The notes beneath the pieces are model-generated. The model was given only the letters and a program-made list of their open reading frames with translations, did not search any database and had not been told where the DNA came from. Below, in pieces: positions 20,090 through 31,481 of a stretch of DNA of 64,000 nt. Every line of letters starts with the position of its first letter. Within the stretch, counting starts at the first letter, position 1. Both the position numbers and the translations under genes were made by a program. The stretch comes from Alphaproteobacteria bacterium (GTDB taxonomy: Bacteria; Pseudomonadota; Alphaproteobacteria; MPNO01; UBA2964), in contig JBMYRG010000003.1 of NCBI GenBank assembly GCA_049602055.1, positions 112,495 to 176,494 of the forward strand. The letters run 5' to 3'.

Positions 20090-20120
20090 AGTTTCGCGCG
20101 TTTAAGAAACGAGTAGATCG

Positions 20121-21068
20121 ATGGCTACATCAAAAGAAAAAAAATCAGGCGAACAAAGCGCCCAGAATAAAAGGCTGGAGAAAGCGAGAACCCTTTCCGA
20201 AGCCTTGCCCTATATGCGCGCCTATGCCGGCAAAACCTTTGTCGTCAAATATGGTGGGCATGCGATGGGCGACCCTGAGCTGGCGAAACTTTTCGCCCGC
20301 GATATCGTTTTGCTCAAACAGGTCGGGATCAATCCTATCGTCGTCCATGGTGGCGGCCCGCAAATCGGCACCATGCTTGAACGGCTAAAGATCAAAAGCT
20401 CCTTCATTGATGGTTTGCGGGTGACGGATGCAGCGACCGTTGAAGTCGTTGAAATGGTCCTCGCCGGCAGTATCAACAAACAGGTGGTTGGCGCTATTAA
20501 TGAAGCCGGCGGCACGGCCATTGGCCTGTCGGGGAAAGACGGTAACCTGATTCAGGCCAGAAAACTAAAGCGGAAAAAGCGCGATCCAGATTCGAACATC
20601 GAGAAAGTTGTTGATCTCGGCTTTGTCGGCGACCCGGTCGCCATCAATGCTGGTGTTCTGGAAGAGCTCGCCTCCTCCGACATCATCCCTGTCATTGCGC
20701 CATTAGGAACCGGCCCCAAAGGCGTCACCTATAACATCAACGCCGATACGGCAGCCGGCGCCATCGCTGCTGCTGTCGGCGCTTCCCGCTTGCTAATGCT
20801 CACGGACGTCAAAGGTGTACTTGATAAAAAGGGTGATCTTATCGCGGAGATGACAGCGTCTCAGGGACGCACCAACATCCGCAACGGAACAATCAAAGGC
20901 GGCATGATTCCCAAGACAGAGACATGCCTTGATGCCGTTAAAGGTGGCGTGGAAGCCGCGGTCATTCTTGATGGCCGCGTCCCACATGCCTTAATCCTCG
21001 AAATATTTACCGAACATGGTGTCGGTACACTTATCCGCCAGGCTCCCAAGCGTCGGAAGAAACGGTAA
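20121..21068 (+). CDS. argB: acetylglutamate kinase
   Basis: 315 aa. Amino-acid kinase motifs ([12 protein letters not shown]...VVHGGGPQI). Confidence 0.9.
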   Translation: MATSKEKKSGEQSAQNKRLEKARTLSEALPYMRAYAGKTFVVKYGGHAMGDPELAKLFARDIVLLKQVGINPIVVHGGGPQIGTMLERLKIKSSFIDGLRVTDAATVEVVEMVLAGSINKQVVGAINEAGGTAIGLSGKDGNLIQARKLKRKKRDPDSNIEKVVDLGFVGDPVAINAGVLEELASSDIIPVIAPLGTGPKGVTYNINADTAAGAIAAAVGASRLLMLTDVKGVLDKKGDLIAEMTASQGRTNIRNGTIKGGMIPKTETCLDAVKGGVEAAVILDGRVPHALILEIFTEHGVGTLIRQAPKRRKKR

Positions 21069-21084
21069 TCGCGGTCTTTCCCCT

Positions 21085-21783
21085 ATGACGGATGCAATGG
21101 TTCGAACGTCTGATCACGCCGTGATCTTTGATCTCGACGGAACCCTGGTAGACACCTTACCGGACCTCCACGTCGCATTGAATCGCGTGCTTGAGGAAGA
21201 GGGGCTGCAAACCTTAGACCCGACCGAAACACGATTGATGATTGGCGGCGGTGCCCGAAACCTTATCGAACTCGCATTTCAAAAACGCCAAATAGCTGCA
21301 CAAGACACCCGAATTGAAGCGGGTTTTGATCGCTTTCTTGAATATTATGGGGCTGAACCAACCGTTCATTCACGTCCTTATCCAGGTGTTCTAGAAGCTC
21401 TCATCACCCTTTCTGCCGGTGGAACCGCACTTGGGGTCTGTACCAACAAACCTCAGGACATGACGGACCAGGTTCTGCAAGGGTTGCAACTCGCTCGCTT
21501 CTTTGGTGATGCGGTGATTGGGGGAGATGCTCTTTCCATCCGCAAACCCGATGCTGGACATTTACTGGCTGTCGTCGAGAAAACAGGCCGCCCCCCCGAG
21601 AAAACTTTCATGGTCGGCGATAGCGAAACCGATGTTGGCGCTGCCCGAAACGCCGGCATACCCATCGTCGCAGTTGATTTTGGCTATACAGCTCTGAGGC
21701 CGGAACAATTGAAAGCCGATATTGTCATATCGCATTTTGACGAGCTGCTGCCTGCACTCACGTCGCTGGGCTTCAACGCCTGA
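21085..21783 (+). CDS. HAD-superfamily hydrolase, phosphoglycolate phosphatase-like
   Basis: DxD motif VIFDLDGTLVDT near the N-terminus and HAD motifs III/IV (GDSETDVGAARNAG). The ATG at 21085 is preferred over the longer ORF that overlaps argB. Confidence 0.7.
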   Translation: MTDAMVRTSDHAVIFDLDGTLVDTLPDLHVALNRVLEEEGLQTLDPTETRLMIGGGARNLIELAFQKRQIAAQDTRIEAGFDRFLEYYGAEPTVHSRPYPGVLEALITLSAGGTALGVCTNKPQDMTDQVLQGLQLARFFGDAVIGGDALSIRKPDAGHLLAVVEKTGRPPEKTFMVGDSETDVGAARNAGIPIVAVDFGYTALRPEQLKADIVISHFDELLPALTSLGFNA

Positions 21784-21792
21784 CCTGTCTGT

Positions 21793-22707
21793 CTATTCGT
21801 AATGTAGAGATTCTGCAGACGAGGTGCGCACGGCAACGACCGCCGGATAAATTGCTGCAACCAGACAGGTCCCAATGCAAATGAGCGAGATAAGTCCCGT
21901 CGCTTGGAATGACACCAAAAAGCGATAATCAAACAAGGTAAAGTGGTCGAGAAATGAGACGCTGACGGCGCCCAGGATATTCCCGATGATTGCCGCGAGA
22001 AAGGCACCGACAAATCCCACGATTAGCCCTTCTGCGATAAGCATTTTAATAATCTGTAATCGATCCATGCCAATCGTTCGAAAAACAGAAAATTCCCGTT
22101 CACGGCCATGAACCTGTATCAACAAAGTATTCGCAACTCCGATCGTGGCCAGAATGACAGTCATCACCAAAATAAAGTCGAATATCAGGAAATCGCCACA
22201 CACCTCCACAAGATCTTTGTAGCGTTGCCGGGACTCGGCGAGGGCACCTCGAAAGGCACTTCCAAAGGCAGTGTTCCTGCCGATAATGATGACTAGTTTT
22301 TCCGCCGTTACCGGTAATATTTGAAAATCAAAAGTACGGCGTTCTGACTGACCTGATTCAATGTCTTCATGGTCATAGGCAATCGGCACATTAGTGGCCA
22401 ACCCCGCCAAAATGGCCTCACGAAATTTTGGGTCCATTGCGCCAGTGTCACCGAGCCGGAGAACGCCGGCCAGACGGGATGCCTACTCATTCGCGACCAG
22501 TAAATTTCCTGTCATATCGAGAACGGCCACCGGCCCCGGATAAGCGTTAAAAGCCCCCTTATCCGACGCCAATTCCAGAATGGTCTTGTAGCGAGATTTT
22601 CCGCTACTCATAAAATTGGAAAACATTGAGGCCATAATCAAATTGTTTGCCGTCAAGCATCGCTTGGACTTTGGACAATTACCCTTCTTGCATTTTTCGT
22701 TGAGCAA
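21793..22707 (-). pseudogene. FtsX-family ABC permease remnant (MacB/LolE-like). It is N-terminally truncated and carries an in-frame TAG at 22483..22485.
   Basis: The C-terminal FtsX 3-TM domain is intact (VILATIGVANTLLIQVHGREREFSVFRTIGM...). The same frame continues upstream through one TAG (…LLVANE*ASRLAG…). The frame is closed at 22732, so TM1 is missing. No partner ATPase is present. Confidence 0.5.
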
Positions 22708-24517
22708 TTGGCTTGCGCCGGCGTAACTCTTCTACAGACACCACAGTGGCTTCAGCGCTTACATTCTTGCCTGAGATTTTGAAACTCGGCTTTCCGAACA
22801 AATATCCTTGGCCAAACCGAACCTCGCAGGCCCGAAACATCTCAGCCGTTTCCCCGTCTTCAACCATTTCAGCAATTGTCGCGATACCGAGATCGTGGCA
22901 TAGACCAGTCACCGCCTTGAGAAAGGCACGGTTACGTTCATTGCAGGCTGCCCCTCGGACATACTGACCATCGATTTTGACAACATCGACTTCTAGAGCG
23001 TGCAGGTAACGCAAAGCGGCCGCGCCGGCCCCAAAGTCATCGAGACACACCTGATGACCAACACGTCTTAAACCCTGAATAAAGCGATTTGCGGCCCCCA
23101 AATCTTCGATACCGGCAGATTCGGTAATTTCGAAAAGAATTTGCTGCCGAACCTTACTGGCGCGTTCGAGCTGATCATGTAACGCCGCAATAAAGGCGGT
23201 ATTCGCAAGCGATTGGCCTGACACGTTCATCGCAACAGAATACTAATTACCTTTGGCTTTCATGGCCTGTAACCAATCAAGAACTCGAGCGCACATTGCC
23301 AGATCAAAGTCAGCAATGATGCCGGTGTTTTCTGCAAAGGTGATCAAATGATAGGACGAATCTTCGATTTTTTTGTTAAATTGGGCGAGCGCCTCATAGT
23401 GATGCAACGACCCATCAGCCAACGAAACGATGGGCTGAAACGCTACATCAAATTTGCCATGATCCAGGATCTCCCTAAATCTGGAAAGCGTCTCTTTATT
23501 CTCCCGGGTGAGCTTTTCAAGATTGCCTGAAAGGCTGGTCATGTCGAAATCGTCACCCTGACGATCACAAAATCCATTGACGGTGTAGAGCATCACCCAA
23601 ACAGAATCCGCCTCGCTCAACCCTCCAATATCTGCGTCGACCGTCCCGGATTTAACCGTAACGCCGTCACCACTCGGATCTGCCGTACGGAATATTTCTT
23701 CAACTCTGTTGGTAATACGGGCGACGTCGAAGGCGTCGTCATGAAGAAAACCGAAGGCCCCTTCATCTAATTGGCCTGCGGTTTGACCAGCTGCTGAACT
23801 GGCCTGCAAACCGGCCCCCATCGACCGTATAAGAGTTTCAGAGCTTTCATGATCAAGGCGATCCCGAAATTCATCGAGATCCCCCGTATGGATCATCGTC
23901 AGTTTTAAATGTTCACCTCGACTTTGAGCTTCATGAATTTGTCGACTGGCGATCTCAGCGAAGGCTTCTTTCTTTAAAAGCCCGGTGTCTGAATCTCTAT
24001 CGGCATCAGCCGAAATCTCTATAGCTGGATTAACCCGGGATAAGCGAAACGCAAAATAATGATGCCCTGGCATATCCGGCAGGTGATATCCAGTCATCAA
24101 AACCGGCAATGCTGACCCCGACATACCCGCAAGCTGAACCTGGGTAGGGTCCAGTCGTGTTCCGGGTGACATGCTGGAAAGGAGTTCCTGCACCAAACCC
24201 TGTTTTTCAGGATGAAGGAGAGCCATGAATTCGGTGCCCACGAGAGCTTCCGGCGCAGCACCCATGAGTGACTACGTTGCACCGGCGGCGAACGAGATTT
24301 TTTGCTCGGCGTTGGTTTCAATAAGGATATCAGCAGCGCAGAATGCTAAAGCGACAAACCGGTCACGTTCGCGGCGGAGAGATTCGACATAACCAGAGAC
24401 GCCGCTCTGCTGTGATTCCGTTGCCGTCATGATAAACCCGTGTGCGATTTTGAACGCTAAAGTAGACGCTCCGTGATAGTAAGGCGCAGGGCTTAACGAT
24501 TCGTTGTCCTGCGGCAA
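22679..24517 (-). pseudogene. PAS / degenerate-GGDEF / EAL c-di-GMP phosphodiesterase-type gene with two in-frame TAG codons (24272..24274 and 23243..23245)
   Basis: Three consecutive same-frame ORFs. The PAS-like N-terminus is continuous across the first TAG (…FAAGAT*SLMGAAPEALVGTEFMALLHPEKQ…). The EAL domain is continuous across the second (…DWLQAMKAKGN*YSVAMNVSGQSL…). The GGDEF is degenerate (QLDEGAFGFL). EAL motifs FQPIV…EAL and DDFGAG are present. Confidence 0.55.
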
Positions 24518-24562
24518 TTATTTCAAGCAACATCGACCTCAACCCTGACTAGAAGAAGCAAG

Positions 24563-25252
24563 ATGAGCCAAACAAATAAATCACCTACAGATCAGATCGA
24601 AACCTGGATTTTCGATCTCGACAATACTCTTTATCCCGTCACAAAACGCCTGTTGGCCCATATCGACGAGCATATGGAGGGATTCGTCGCCAAGTACCTC
24701 GGAATCAGTCGCGAACAGGCGCATCAAGTACAAAAATCCTATTTCAGAAAATACGGCCTGACGCTGCGCGGTCTAATGATTCATGACGGGCTTGACCCTG
24801 CTCAATATTTTGAGGAAATGACGCCAATGGATCTAAACGAGGTAGATCCCAATCCGTCGCTAGGCGCCGACATTGCTCGCCTAAGTGGGCGCAAGATCAT
24901 ATACACCAACGCTTCCGCCCATCATGCCGAACTGGTCCTTGAACGTATGGGATTCGACGATGACATCTTCGAAGCTATTTTCGATATTCAAGCAGCCACG
25001 TATGTTCCAAAACCGGCCATCGAAGGATACCGGCAGCTATGTGATACTTATTCTGTCGACCCCAACCGCGCCGTGATGATTGACGATATATCCCGTAACC
25101 TTGAACCAGCTTCTGAGCTCGGCATGATGACAGTTTGGAAAAAAACAGGTGCCGAGTGGGCTCAAGATATCGCTGTGGAAAATCATATCGACCTCGTCGT
25201 CGACGACTTACAGGGCTGGATTCAGGACATTCTGAAATCCCCAGCCCACTGA
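24563..25252 (+). CDS. pyrimidine 5'-nucleotidase (HAD superfamily, subfamily IA)
   Basis: 229 aa. TWIFDLDNTLYP motif and a typical YjjG / pyrimidine-nucleotidase layout. Confidence 0.75.
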   Translation: MSQTNKSPTDQIETWIFDLDNTLYPVTKRLLAHIDEHMEGFVAKYLGISREQAHQVQKSYFRKYGLTLRGLMIHDGLDPAQYFEEMTPMDLNEVDPNPSLGADIARLSGRKIIYTNASAHHAELVLERMGFDDDIFEAIFDIQAATYVPKPAIEGYRQLCDTYSVDPNRAVMIDDISRNLEPASELGMMTVWKKTGAEWAQDIAVENHIDLVVDDLQGWIQDILKSPAH

Positions 25253-25351
25253 TTTTCAGCGCCCCTATGAGTTGACAGAACTATGGCTGTAACTATGGTG
25301 CGGAAACCGTTTTTTAATCCAAAATACTCGGCGAGGAACAGGTAGAACAAG

Positions 25352-26209
25352 ATGAGCAGCAGCGACCTTCAATCAACAATAGATCAAGCATGGGAAGACC
25401 GGGACTCCGTTTCACCCAGCACAACGGGCGACGTTCGCGATGCCATCGAAGCCGCTCTCAACGGTCTGGATTCTGGAAAATTCAGAGTAGCCGCAAAATC
25501 AGGCAGCGGCTGGCAGGTCGAACAGTGGCTTAAAAAGGCCGTCCTGCTCTCTTTCCGTTTGTTTGACAATGCTCCAATGCCAGGTGGGCCAACCGACCCC
25601 GTTCGGGGCGAAACGCCCTGGTTCGATAAGGTAGCGCCCAAGTTTGCTGGCTGGGACGACGCCCGTTTCCGCGATGCGGGTTTCAGGGCAGTCCCTAACT
25701 GTACGGTCCGACGGGGATCATATATCGCCCCTGGTGTTGTTCTCATGCCGAGTTTTGTGAATATCGGCGCCTATGTCGACTCCGGTACCATGGTCGACAC
25801 CTGGGCAACCATTGGCTCCTGCGCACAAATTGGCAAAAACTGTCATATTTCTGGCGGTGTCGGTATCGGCGGTGTGCTAGAACCTCTCCAGGCCGAGCCC
25901 GTTATCATCGGCGATAACTGCTTCATCGGTGCCCGATCCGAAGTCGCTGAGGGCGTCATCGTCGAAGATGGCGCCGTATTATCGATGGGCGTCTTCCTTG
26001 GCGCTTCGACGAAAATTATTGACCGCGCAACGGGTGAAATTCACCTCGGCACCGTCCCGGCCTATTCTGTTGTTGTTCCCGGTACCATTGCTGGAAAGGA
26101 ACTACCCGACGGCACACCGGGGCCAAACCTTTACTGCGCCGTCATTGTTAAACGGGTTGATGAAAAAACCCGGTCACGCACCTCCATAAACGATCTGTTA
26201 CGCGATTGA
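25352..26209 (+). CDS. dapD: 2,3,4,5-tetrahydropyridine-2,6-dicarboxylate N-succinyltransferase
   Basis: 285 aa. Hexapeptide-repeat left-handed beta-helix region and the DapD N-terminal domain. Followed by dapE. Confidence 0.9.
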   Translation: MSSSDLQSTIDQAWEDRDSVSPSTTGDVRDAIEAALNGLDSGKFRVAAKSGSGWQVEQWLKKAVLLSFRLFDNAPMPGGPTDPVRGETPWFDKVAPKFAGWDDARFRDAGFRAVPNCTVRRGSYIAPGVVLMPSFVNIGAYVDSGTMVDTWATIGSCAQIGKNCHISGGVGIGGVLEPLQAEPVIIGDNCFIGARSEVAEGVIVEDGAVLSMGVFLGASTKIIDRATGEIHLGTVPAYSVVVPGTIAGKELPDGTPGPNLYCAVIVKRVDEKTRSRTSINDLLRD

Positions 26210-27360
26210 GTAACATTGTAGACGCCCTGGAACTGGCGCAGGCACTGATCCGGTGCCCGAGCGTAACACCTGCGGATGAAGGGGCGCTTGGCGTCCTGCA
26301 GTCCTCACTGGAGGGTTTAGGCTTCACCTGCCACCGGATGACCTTTTCGGAAAAAGGAACACCAGACGTCGACAATCTCTATGCCCGTCTCGGCACAGAT
26401 GGCCCTAATTTTTGCTATGCCGGGCATACAGATGTTGTACCGGTGGGGAACGAAGCCGGTTGGACGGTCGATCCATTTGGCGCTGACGTCATCGATGGAA
26501 CCCTCTATGGCCGAGGCGCCACGGATATGAAAGGTGGCATCGCCTGTTTTGTGTCCGGCATGTCACGATTCCTTGAGAAACGGTCAGGCAGTTTCAGCGG
26601 CTCAATTAGCCTGCTGATTACCGGCGATGAGGAAGGTCCCTCAATAAACGGTACTCGCAAGGTTCTCGACTGGATGGCCGAACGCAACGAGACGCTAGAT
26701 GCCTGTATCGTCGGCGAGCCAACCAACCCCAATAAACTGGGAGAGATGGTCAAGATAGGGCGCCGCGGCTCAATCTCCGGATGGCTGACCGTCCATGGTA
26801 TGCAGGGACATACGGCCTACCCGCATCTCGCCGATAATCCATTACCGCGCATGCTTGCGATGTTAAGCGCTATCACTTCGGAACAACTCGATGAGGGAAC
26901 CGATCATTTTCAGCCCTCCAATCTGCAATTAACCACCGTAGATGTCGGCAATACAGCGACCAATATCATTCCCGGCGAGGTTCGCGCGGTATTTAACATT
27001 CGCTTTAACGATCTTCATACCAGCGAGTCATTAATGGCGTGGTTGAAAGGCAAATTCGATGAAGTCGGTGGCGATTATGACATTGAGTTTCAAATCACCG
27101 GCGAGGCGTTCCTGACGCCACCCGGCAAGCTTAGCAGTTTGCTGTCCGACGCCGTTGAAAAAGCGACCGGCATGAAACCTGATCTCAGTACAACTGGCGG
27201 CACCTCAGATGCCCGTTTCATAAAAGATTTTTGCCCCATCGCTGAATTCGGACTCATCAGTCAGACCATGCACAAAGTCGACGAATGTGCCCGCCTGTCT
27301 GATATGGAACAGCTGACCGATATTTACGAGATGGTTCTGGACGGCTATTTCGCCGAATGA
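26206..27360 (+). CDS. dapE: succinyl-diaminopimelate desuccinylase
   Basis: 384 aa M20 peptidase (GHTDVVP...ATDMKGG...). Start overlaps the dapD stop. Confidence 0.9.
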   Translation: MSNIVDALELAQALIRCPSVTPADEGALGVLQSSLEGLGFTCHRMTFSEKGTPDVDNLYARLGTDGPNFCYAGHTDVVPVGNEAGWTVDPFGADVIDGTLYGRGATDMKGGIACFVSGMSRFLEKRSGSFSGSISLLITGDEEGPSINGTRKVLDWMAERNETLDACIVGEPTNPNKLGEMVKIGRRGSISGWLTVHGMQGHTAYPHLADNPLPRMLAMLSAITSEQLDEGTDHFQPSNLQLTTVDVGNTATNIIPGEVRAVFNIRFNDLHTSESLMAWLKGKFDEVGGDYDIEFQITGEAFLTPPGKLSSLLSDAVEKATGMKPDLSTTGGTSDARFIKDFCPIAEFGLISQTMHKVDECARLSDMEQLTDIYEMVLDGYFAE

Positions 27361-27947
27361 TCGATTTTAAAGAGTTCAGCCGCGCAATTTTCGGGGCCTG
27401 GATGCTGGCTCGCTTCGATGCCAATGGCCTCATGCTGTTCGAAAACACGGTAAGCGCTTTCTGGCGTTCATATTGGGCAGGCATCCTAGCACTCCCGGCA
27501 TATATTGCGCTTGTCATGATGCGAACACCGGAGGCTATGATTACTGTCGGTGCCCTGCCCGCCGTCCTTATCCAGACTTCAGGCTATATCATTGGCTGGT
27601 TTGCGATGCCTTTTGTTATGCTAGGTGTCTGCCGGATCATTGATCGAGAGGAACATTTCTGCAGATATTTCGCAGCCTATAACTGGGCGGCATTGCTGCA
27701 GATCACCCTAATGCTTGCTCTGACAACACTGGCCAAGACCGGAATGTTGCCACCGGCGTTCGCCGGTATGATCAGCGTTGCTGCGATCATCGCTATTCTG
27801 TTTTATCAGGGATATATTGCCCGCGTCGCCCTTGTAATACCGGCTTTCGGGGCATTTGGCATCGTACTGCTCGACCTAATGATTGGTCTTGTCGTCGACA
27901 GCTGGACGACCAAACTACTCGCTGGTCACAGATTATTTGGCGGGTAA
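27357..27947 (+). CDS. hypothetical integral membrane protein
   Basis: 196 aa, 4-5 hydrophobic helices. ATGA overlap with the dapE stop. No recognised motif. Confidence 0.4.
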   Translation: MIDFKEFSRAIFGAWMLARFDANGLMLFENTVSAFWRSYWAGILALPAYIALVMMRTPEAMITVGALPAVLIQTSGYIIGWFAMPFVMLGVCRIIDREEHFCRYFAAYNWAALLQITLMLALTTLAKTGMLPPAFAGMISVAAIIAILFYQGYIARVALVIPAFGAFGIVLLDLMIGLVVDSWTTKLLAGHRLFGG

Positions 27948-28678
27948 GTCACTTCGGTCAGGAACAGTCCCTCTGGAGGCGCGGTTGGACCTCCTTTGGT
28001 TCTATCACGAGCCGCAAGCGCTTCACTGATATCGTCAGCGGTCCATTTTCCTTCACCAACCAGTTTCAATGTACCTACGAAATTACGAACCTGGTGATGC
28101 AAGAAGGAGGGCGCGCTGGCGCATATATCAATAACCTCACCATCACGAGACACATCGAGAGATATCAAGGTTTTGACCGGCGTTTTCGCTTGGCACATGC
28201 TTGCCCGAAAAGTTGAGAAATCGTGTTTCCCAATCAATCGTTGGGCGGCTTCATGCATTGCCCCAGCATCGAGCTCTACGCCTACATGCCACGCTAAATA
28301 TCTCTGAGTCGCTAATGGCGATCGTCGATTAATAATCCGGTAGCGATAGGATCGTGCCTGCGCCGAGAACCGCGCATGAAACTCCTCAGAAACGGCAACC
28401 GCCTGAAGCACCGATATCGGGTTTGGTCGCAAATGTGCATTGAGGGCGTCACGTACCGTATTGGCATCCGTATCGCGATGAATATCAACGTGCGCTGCCT
28501 GCCCCAATGCGTGAACACCGGCGTCAGTTCTCCCCGCGCCCTGCACAACGACAGTTTCACCGCAAAAGGCATGAACCGCTTTTTCCAGCTCCTCTTGGAT
28601 CGAGGGTCCGTTGTCCTGCCGCTGCCAACCTACATAATCCGTTCCATCATATTCGATCACAAGGTGATAGCGTGTCAT
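27926..28678 (-). CDS. truA: tRNA pseudouridine(38-40) synthase
   Basis: 250 aa. [18 protein letters not shown] and the RTDAGVHA catalytic Asp motif. Confidence 0.9.
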   Translation of the reverse strand: MTRYHLVIEYDGTDYVGWQRQDNGPSIQEELEKAVHAFCGETVVVQGAGRTDAGVHALGQAAHVDIHRDTDANTVRDALNAHLRPNPISVLQAVAVSEEFHARFSAQARSYRYRIINRRSPLATQRYLAWHVGVELDAGAMHEAAQRLIGKHDFSTFRASMCQAKTPVKTLISLDVSRDGEVIDICASAPSFLHHQVRNFVGTLKLVGEGKWTADDISEALAARDRTKGGPTAPPEGLFLTEVTYPPNNL

Positions 28679-29619
28679 GAACCATCCCCTTGAGGGGATT
28701 GTAAAACAGTCCCTACGGGCAAGTCATAACCCCGCAAGAAGGCTTCCGCATCGGTTGCCGATTTTCCCGGTCGTTGCATTACCAAGGGTCGGATCGCACC
28801 CTCTCGACAAGCAATCACGGCGTTCTGTGTCAGAACTGTACCGGCGTCCCCATTATTTTCCACACATTCCGCAGACAAAATTCGAATTCGGTCGCCATTG
28901 CGTTCGAACCAGGTCCCGGGCCAGGGATTCAGCGCACGGATCTTTCGCTCAACTTCAATCGCCGGCTGGTGCCAATCTAGGAGGCCCTCTTCACGAGTTG
29001 TTTTCGCCGCGTAGGTCACCCCGTCTTCCGGCTGGATCTTTGGCTCAATGTTTCCTGACAGCAAGTCAGTCAATGCACAACAGACTGACGTTGCGCCAAC
29101 CTGCGCAAGTTCATCATGCAAACCCTCCGTGGTCGTTTCCGGCCCGATCGGTACCCGGTCCTGTCTTAAGATGGGTCCCGTATCAAGACCTTCATCCATC
29201 TGCATGATGGTGACACCTGTCTCGTCATCTCCAGCCATGATGGCGCGCTGGATCGGGGCCGCCCCGCGCCAACGCGGCAGCAGGGAAACATGAATATTGA
29301 TACAGCCCAAACGGGGGGCTTCAAGAACAGCTTTGGGCAGTATCAAGCCATAGGCCATCACAATGGCCAAATCAGCGTTAAGCGCCACAAAGTCCGAGAC
29401 CGTCTCGGTCTTTTTAAAGGTCTCCGACGTCCGCACTGGAATGCCACGGCCTTCAGCGAATTTATGAACCGGTGACGGCGTTACTCGATGTCCGCGCCCT
29501 GAGGGTCTTGGTGGCTGGCTATAGACGCAGACAACGTCATGCCCACCTTCGATGAGCGCAGCCAAGGCGGGCACTGCGATCTCGGGCGTACCCATAAAGA
29601 CAAGGCGCATTGTTGCCAT
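28675..29619 (-). CDS. fmt: methionyl-tRNA formyltransferase
   Basis: 314 aa. Formyltransferase N-terminal domain with [14 protein letters not shown]. Overlaps truA by 4 nt. Forms a def-fmt operon. Confidence 0.9.
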   Translation of the reverse strand: MATMRLVFMGTPEIAVPALAALIEGGHDVVCVYSQPPRPSGRGHRVTPSPVHKFAEGRGIPVRTSETFKKTETVSDFVALNADLAIVMAYGLILPKAVLEAPRLGCINIHVSLLPRWRGAAPIQRAIMAGDDETGVTIMQMDEGLDTGPILRQDRVPIGPETTTEGLHDELAQVGATSVCCALTDLLSGNIEPKIQPEDGVTYAAKTTREEGLLDWHQPAIEVERKIRALNPWPGTWFERNGDRIRILSAECVENNGDAGTVLTQNAVIACREGAIRPLVMQRPGKSATDAEAFLRGYDLPVGTVLQSPQGDGS

Positions 29620-29624
29620 ACGCG

Positions 29625-30143
29625 CTACGTCACCGCCCCTGACTTTTTGAGTTTGGACATTTTGCGGAGGATCATATTACGCTTGAGCATTGAAATGTGA
29701 TCGACGAAGAGTTTGCCATCAAGGTGATCCATCTCATGCTGAATACAGGTCGACAATAGCCCCTCGGCTTCGATTTCCTGAACCTCATTATTATAATCCA
29801 AATACCTGACGCTCACCTTCGCTGGGCGCTCCACTTCTGCATATTGATCTGGAAAGGACAAACAGCCTTCGTCATAGACTGCGAGATCGTCTGAAGAGTC
29901 GAGAATTTCAGGGTTCGCCATTCGGATCGGGGATCGATCTGTATCCCCCCGTGACGTATCAACGACAATGACCCGTTTATGCACTGAAACCTGGGGTGCC
30001 GCCAACCCGACACCTGGCGCGGCATACATTGTCTCCAACATATCGTCCATCAATGTCCTGATCTCATCATTAACCTCCTCGACTGGCGCACAGCACTTTT
30101 TAAGGATTGGATCAGGTGCTTTTATGATCGGGAGAACAGCCAT
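29625..30143 (-). CDS. def: peptide deformylase
   Basis: 172 aa with the three PDF motifs GVGLAAPQV, EGCLS, HEMDHL. Confidence 0.9.
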   Translation of the reverse strand: MAVLPIIKAPDPILKKCCAPVEEVNDEIRTLMDDMLETMYAAPGVGLAAPQVSVHKRVIVVDTSRGDTDRSPIRMANPEILDSSDDLAVYDEGCLSFPDQYAEVERPAKVSVRYLDYNNEVQEIEAEGLLSTCIQHEMDHLDGKLFVDHISMLKRNMILRKMSKLKKSGAVT

Positions 30144-30294
30144 TTTGTGCCGCGCAACCTCTTTAAAACCAAACAGCGATGTAGGTAGGCCCTAGCGCCC
30201 GTGAGGTCAAGAACAGAGCCAATAAAACAGGCGGCCCTTGATTCGCTAAGTCCCGTGATAGGATTTCGATCCATAACATTTTGGGGCGGCGAAT

Positions 30295-31419
30295 ATGGAT
30301 ATCATTTCGATCATCGCGATTGCTGTTGCGGTCGTTCTCGCGGCAGCGCTCGCCGTGCTTATCCTGCGCAGCAACCCAAAATCCTCCGACCCCCAGGCAG
30401 AACTGATTGGCCGCCTGGCGCAAATGGCTGAAACCAATGCCGCGCAACAAGCTCAGCTCGCAGAACGATTACAGGCGCAAGAGCGGGCCCTAAGCAGGAC
30501 ATTGGAAGAACGGCTTACCGATCTATCAAAACGGATCGGCGATAATTTGCAGCAAAGCACGACAAAAACCGGCGAGACCATGACAAAGTTGCAAGAGCGG
30601 CTCGCCGTCATTGACGCTGCACAAAAAAATATCACCGAGCTGTCCACGCAGGTGGTCAGTCTTCAGGACGTTTTATCGAACAAACAGGCCCGCGGTGCAT
30701 TTGGCGAAATACAATTGCAAGATCTCGTAAAAAACGTCCTGCCACCTTTTGCCTATGGATTTCAGACGACTCTTGGAAATGGCAAGCGGGCTGATTGCGT
30801 CATTCATCTGCCAAACCCACCTGGCTCTATCGTTATCGATGCAAAATTCCCCTTGGAAAGCTATCGAGCTCTGGCTGACGCCACTGACGATGCCGGACGG
30901 GTGGTGGCAGGACGTCAATTGATCACCGACGTTAGTAAGCACGTCAATGATATCGCTGACCGCTACATCGTCCCAGGCGAAACAGCAGAATCAGCCTTAA
31001 TGTTCCTGCCTTCCGAAGCGGTTTATGCGGAACTCCACGCTAATTTCGCGAAAGTCATGGAACATTCCTATGCCAAGCGCGTCTGGATTGTGTCGCCAAC
31101 GACATTGATGGCGACGCTCAATACAGTTCGGGCAATCCTCAAAGATGCTCAGATGCAGGAGCAGGCAAGTGTGATCCAAAATGAAGTCCTGACCATGCTG
31201 GGAGATGTTGGACGTCTCGATCAGCGGGTCGAAAATCTCGAAAAACATTTTGGAATGGCGGAAAAAGATTTGCGCGAAATTCGTATTTCAGCAGAGAAAG
31301 TGTCTAAAAGAGGCGAACGCATCACCGAAATAGAGTTGGGCGAAGCAGGAGAAGAGGCAGACGCCATCGACCATGTCACAGGTGATGGCATCGCCAGTAT
31401 CCACCGTATCGGAAAATAA
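30295..31419 (+). CDS. rmuC: DNA recombination protein RmuC
   Basis: 374 aa. N-terminal TM, long coiled coil, C-terminal RmuC nuclease-like domain. Confidence 0.8.
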   Translation: MDIISIIAIAVAVVLAAALAVLILRSNPKSSDPQAELIGRLAQMAETNAAQQAQLAERLQAQERALSRTLEERLTDLSKRIGDNLQQSTTKTGETMTKLQERLAVIDAAQKNITELSTQVVSLQDVLSNKQARGAFGEIQLQDLVKNVLPPFAYGFQTTLGNGKRADCVIHLPNPPGSIVIDAKFPLESYRALADATDDAGRVVAGRQLITDVSKHVNDIADRYIVPGETAESALMFLPSEAVYAELHANFAKVMEHSYAKRVWIVSPTTLMATLNTVRAILKDAQMQEQASVIQNEVLTMLGDVGRLDQRVENLEKHFGMAEKDLREIRISAEKVSKRGERITEIELGEAGEEADAIDHVTGDGIASIHRIGK

Positions 31420-31481
31420 CAGGAGCGCCGACCATACAAGCGATACTGGGCATTTTTGTTCTTCTATTTTGCGCTTGGTTT

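Noticed and set aside
22483-24274. In-frame TAG as pyrrolysine
   Set aside because: The host genes (EAL, FtsX, DUF3095) are not methylamine methyltransferases. No pyl genes are in the window. The lineage is not known to use Pyl.
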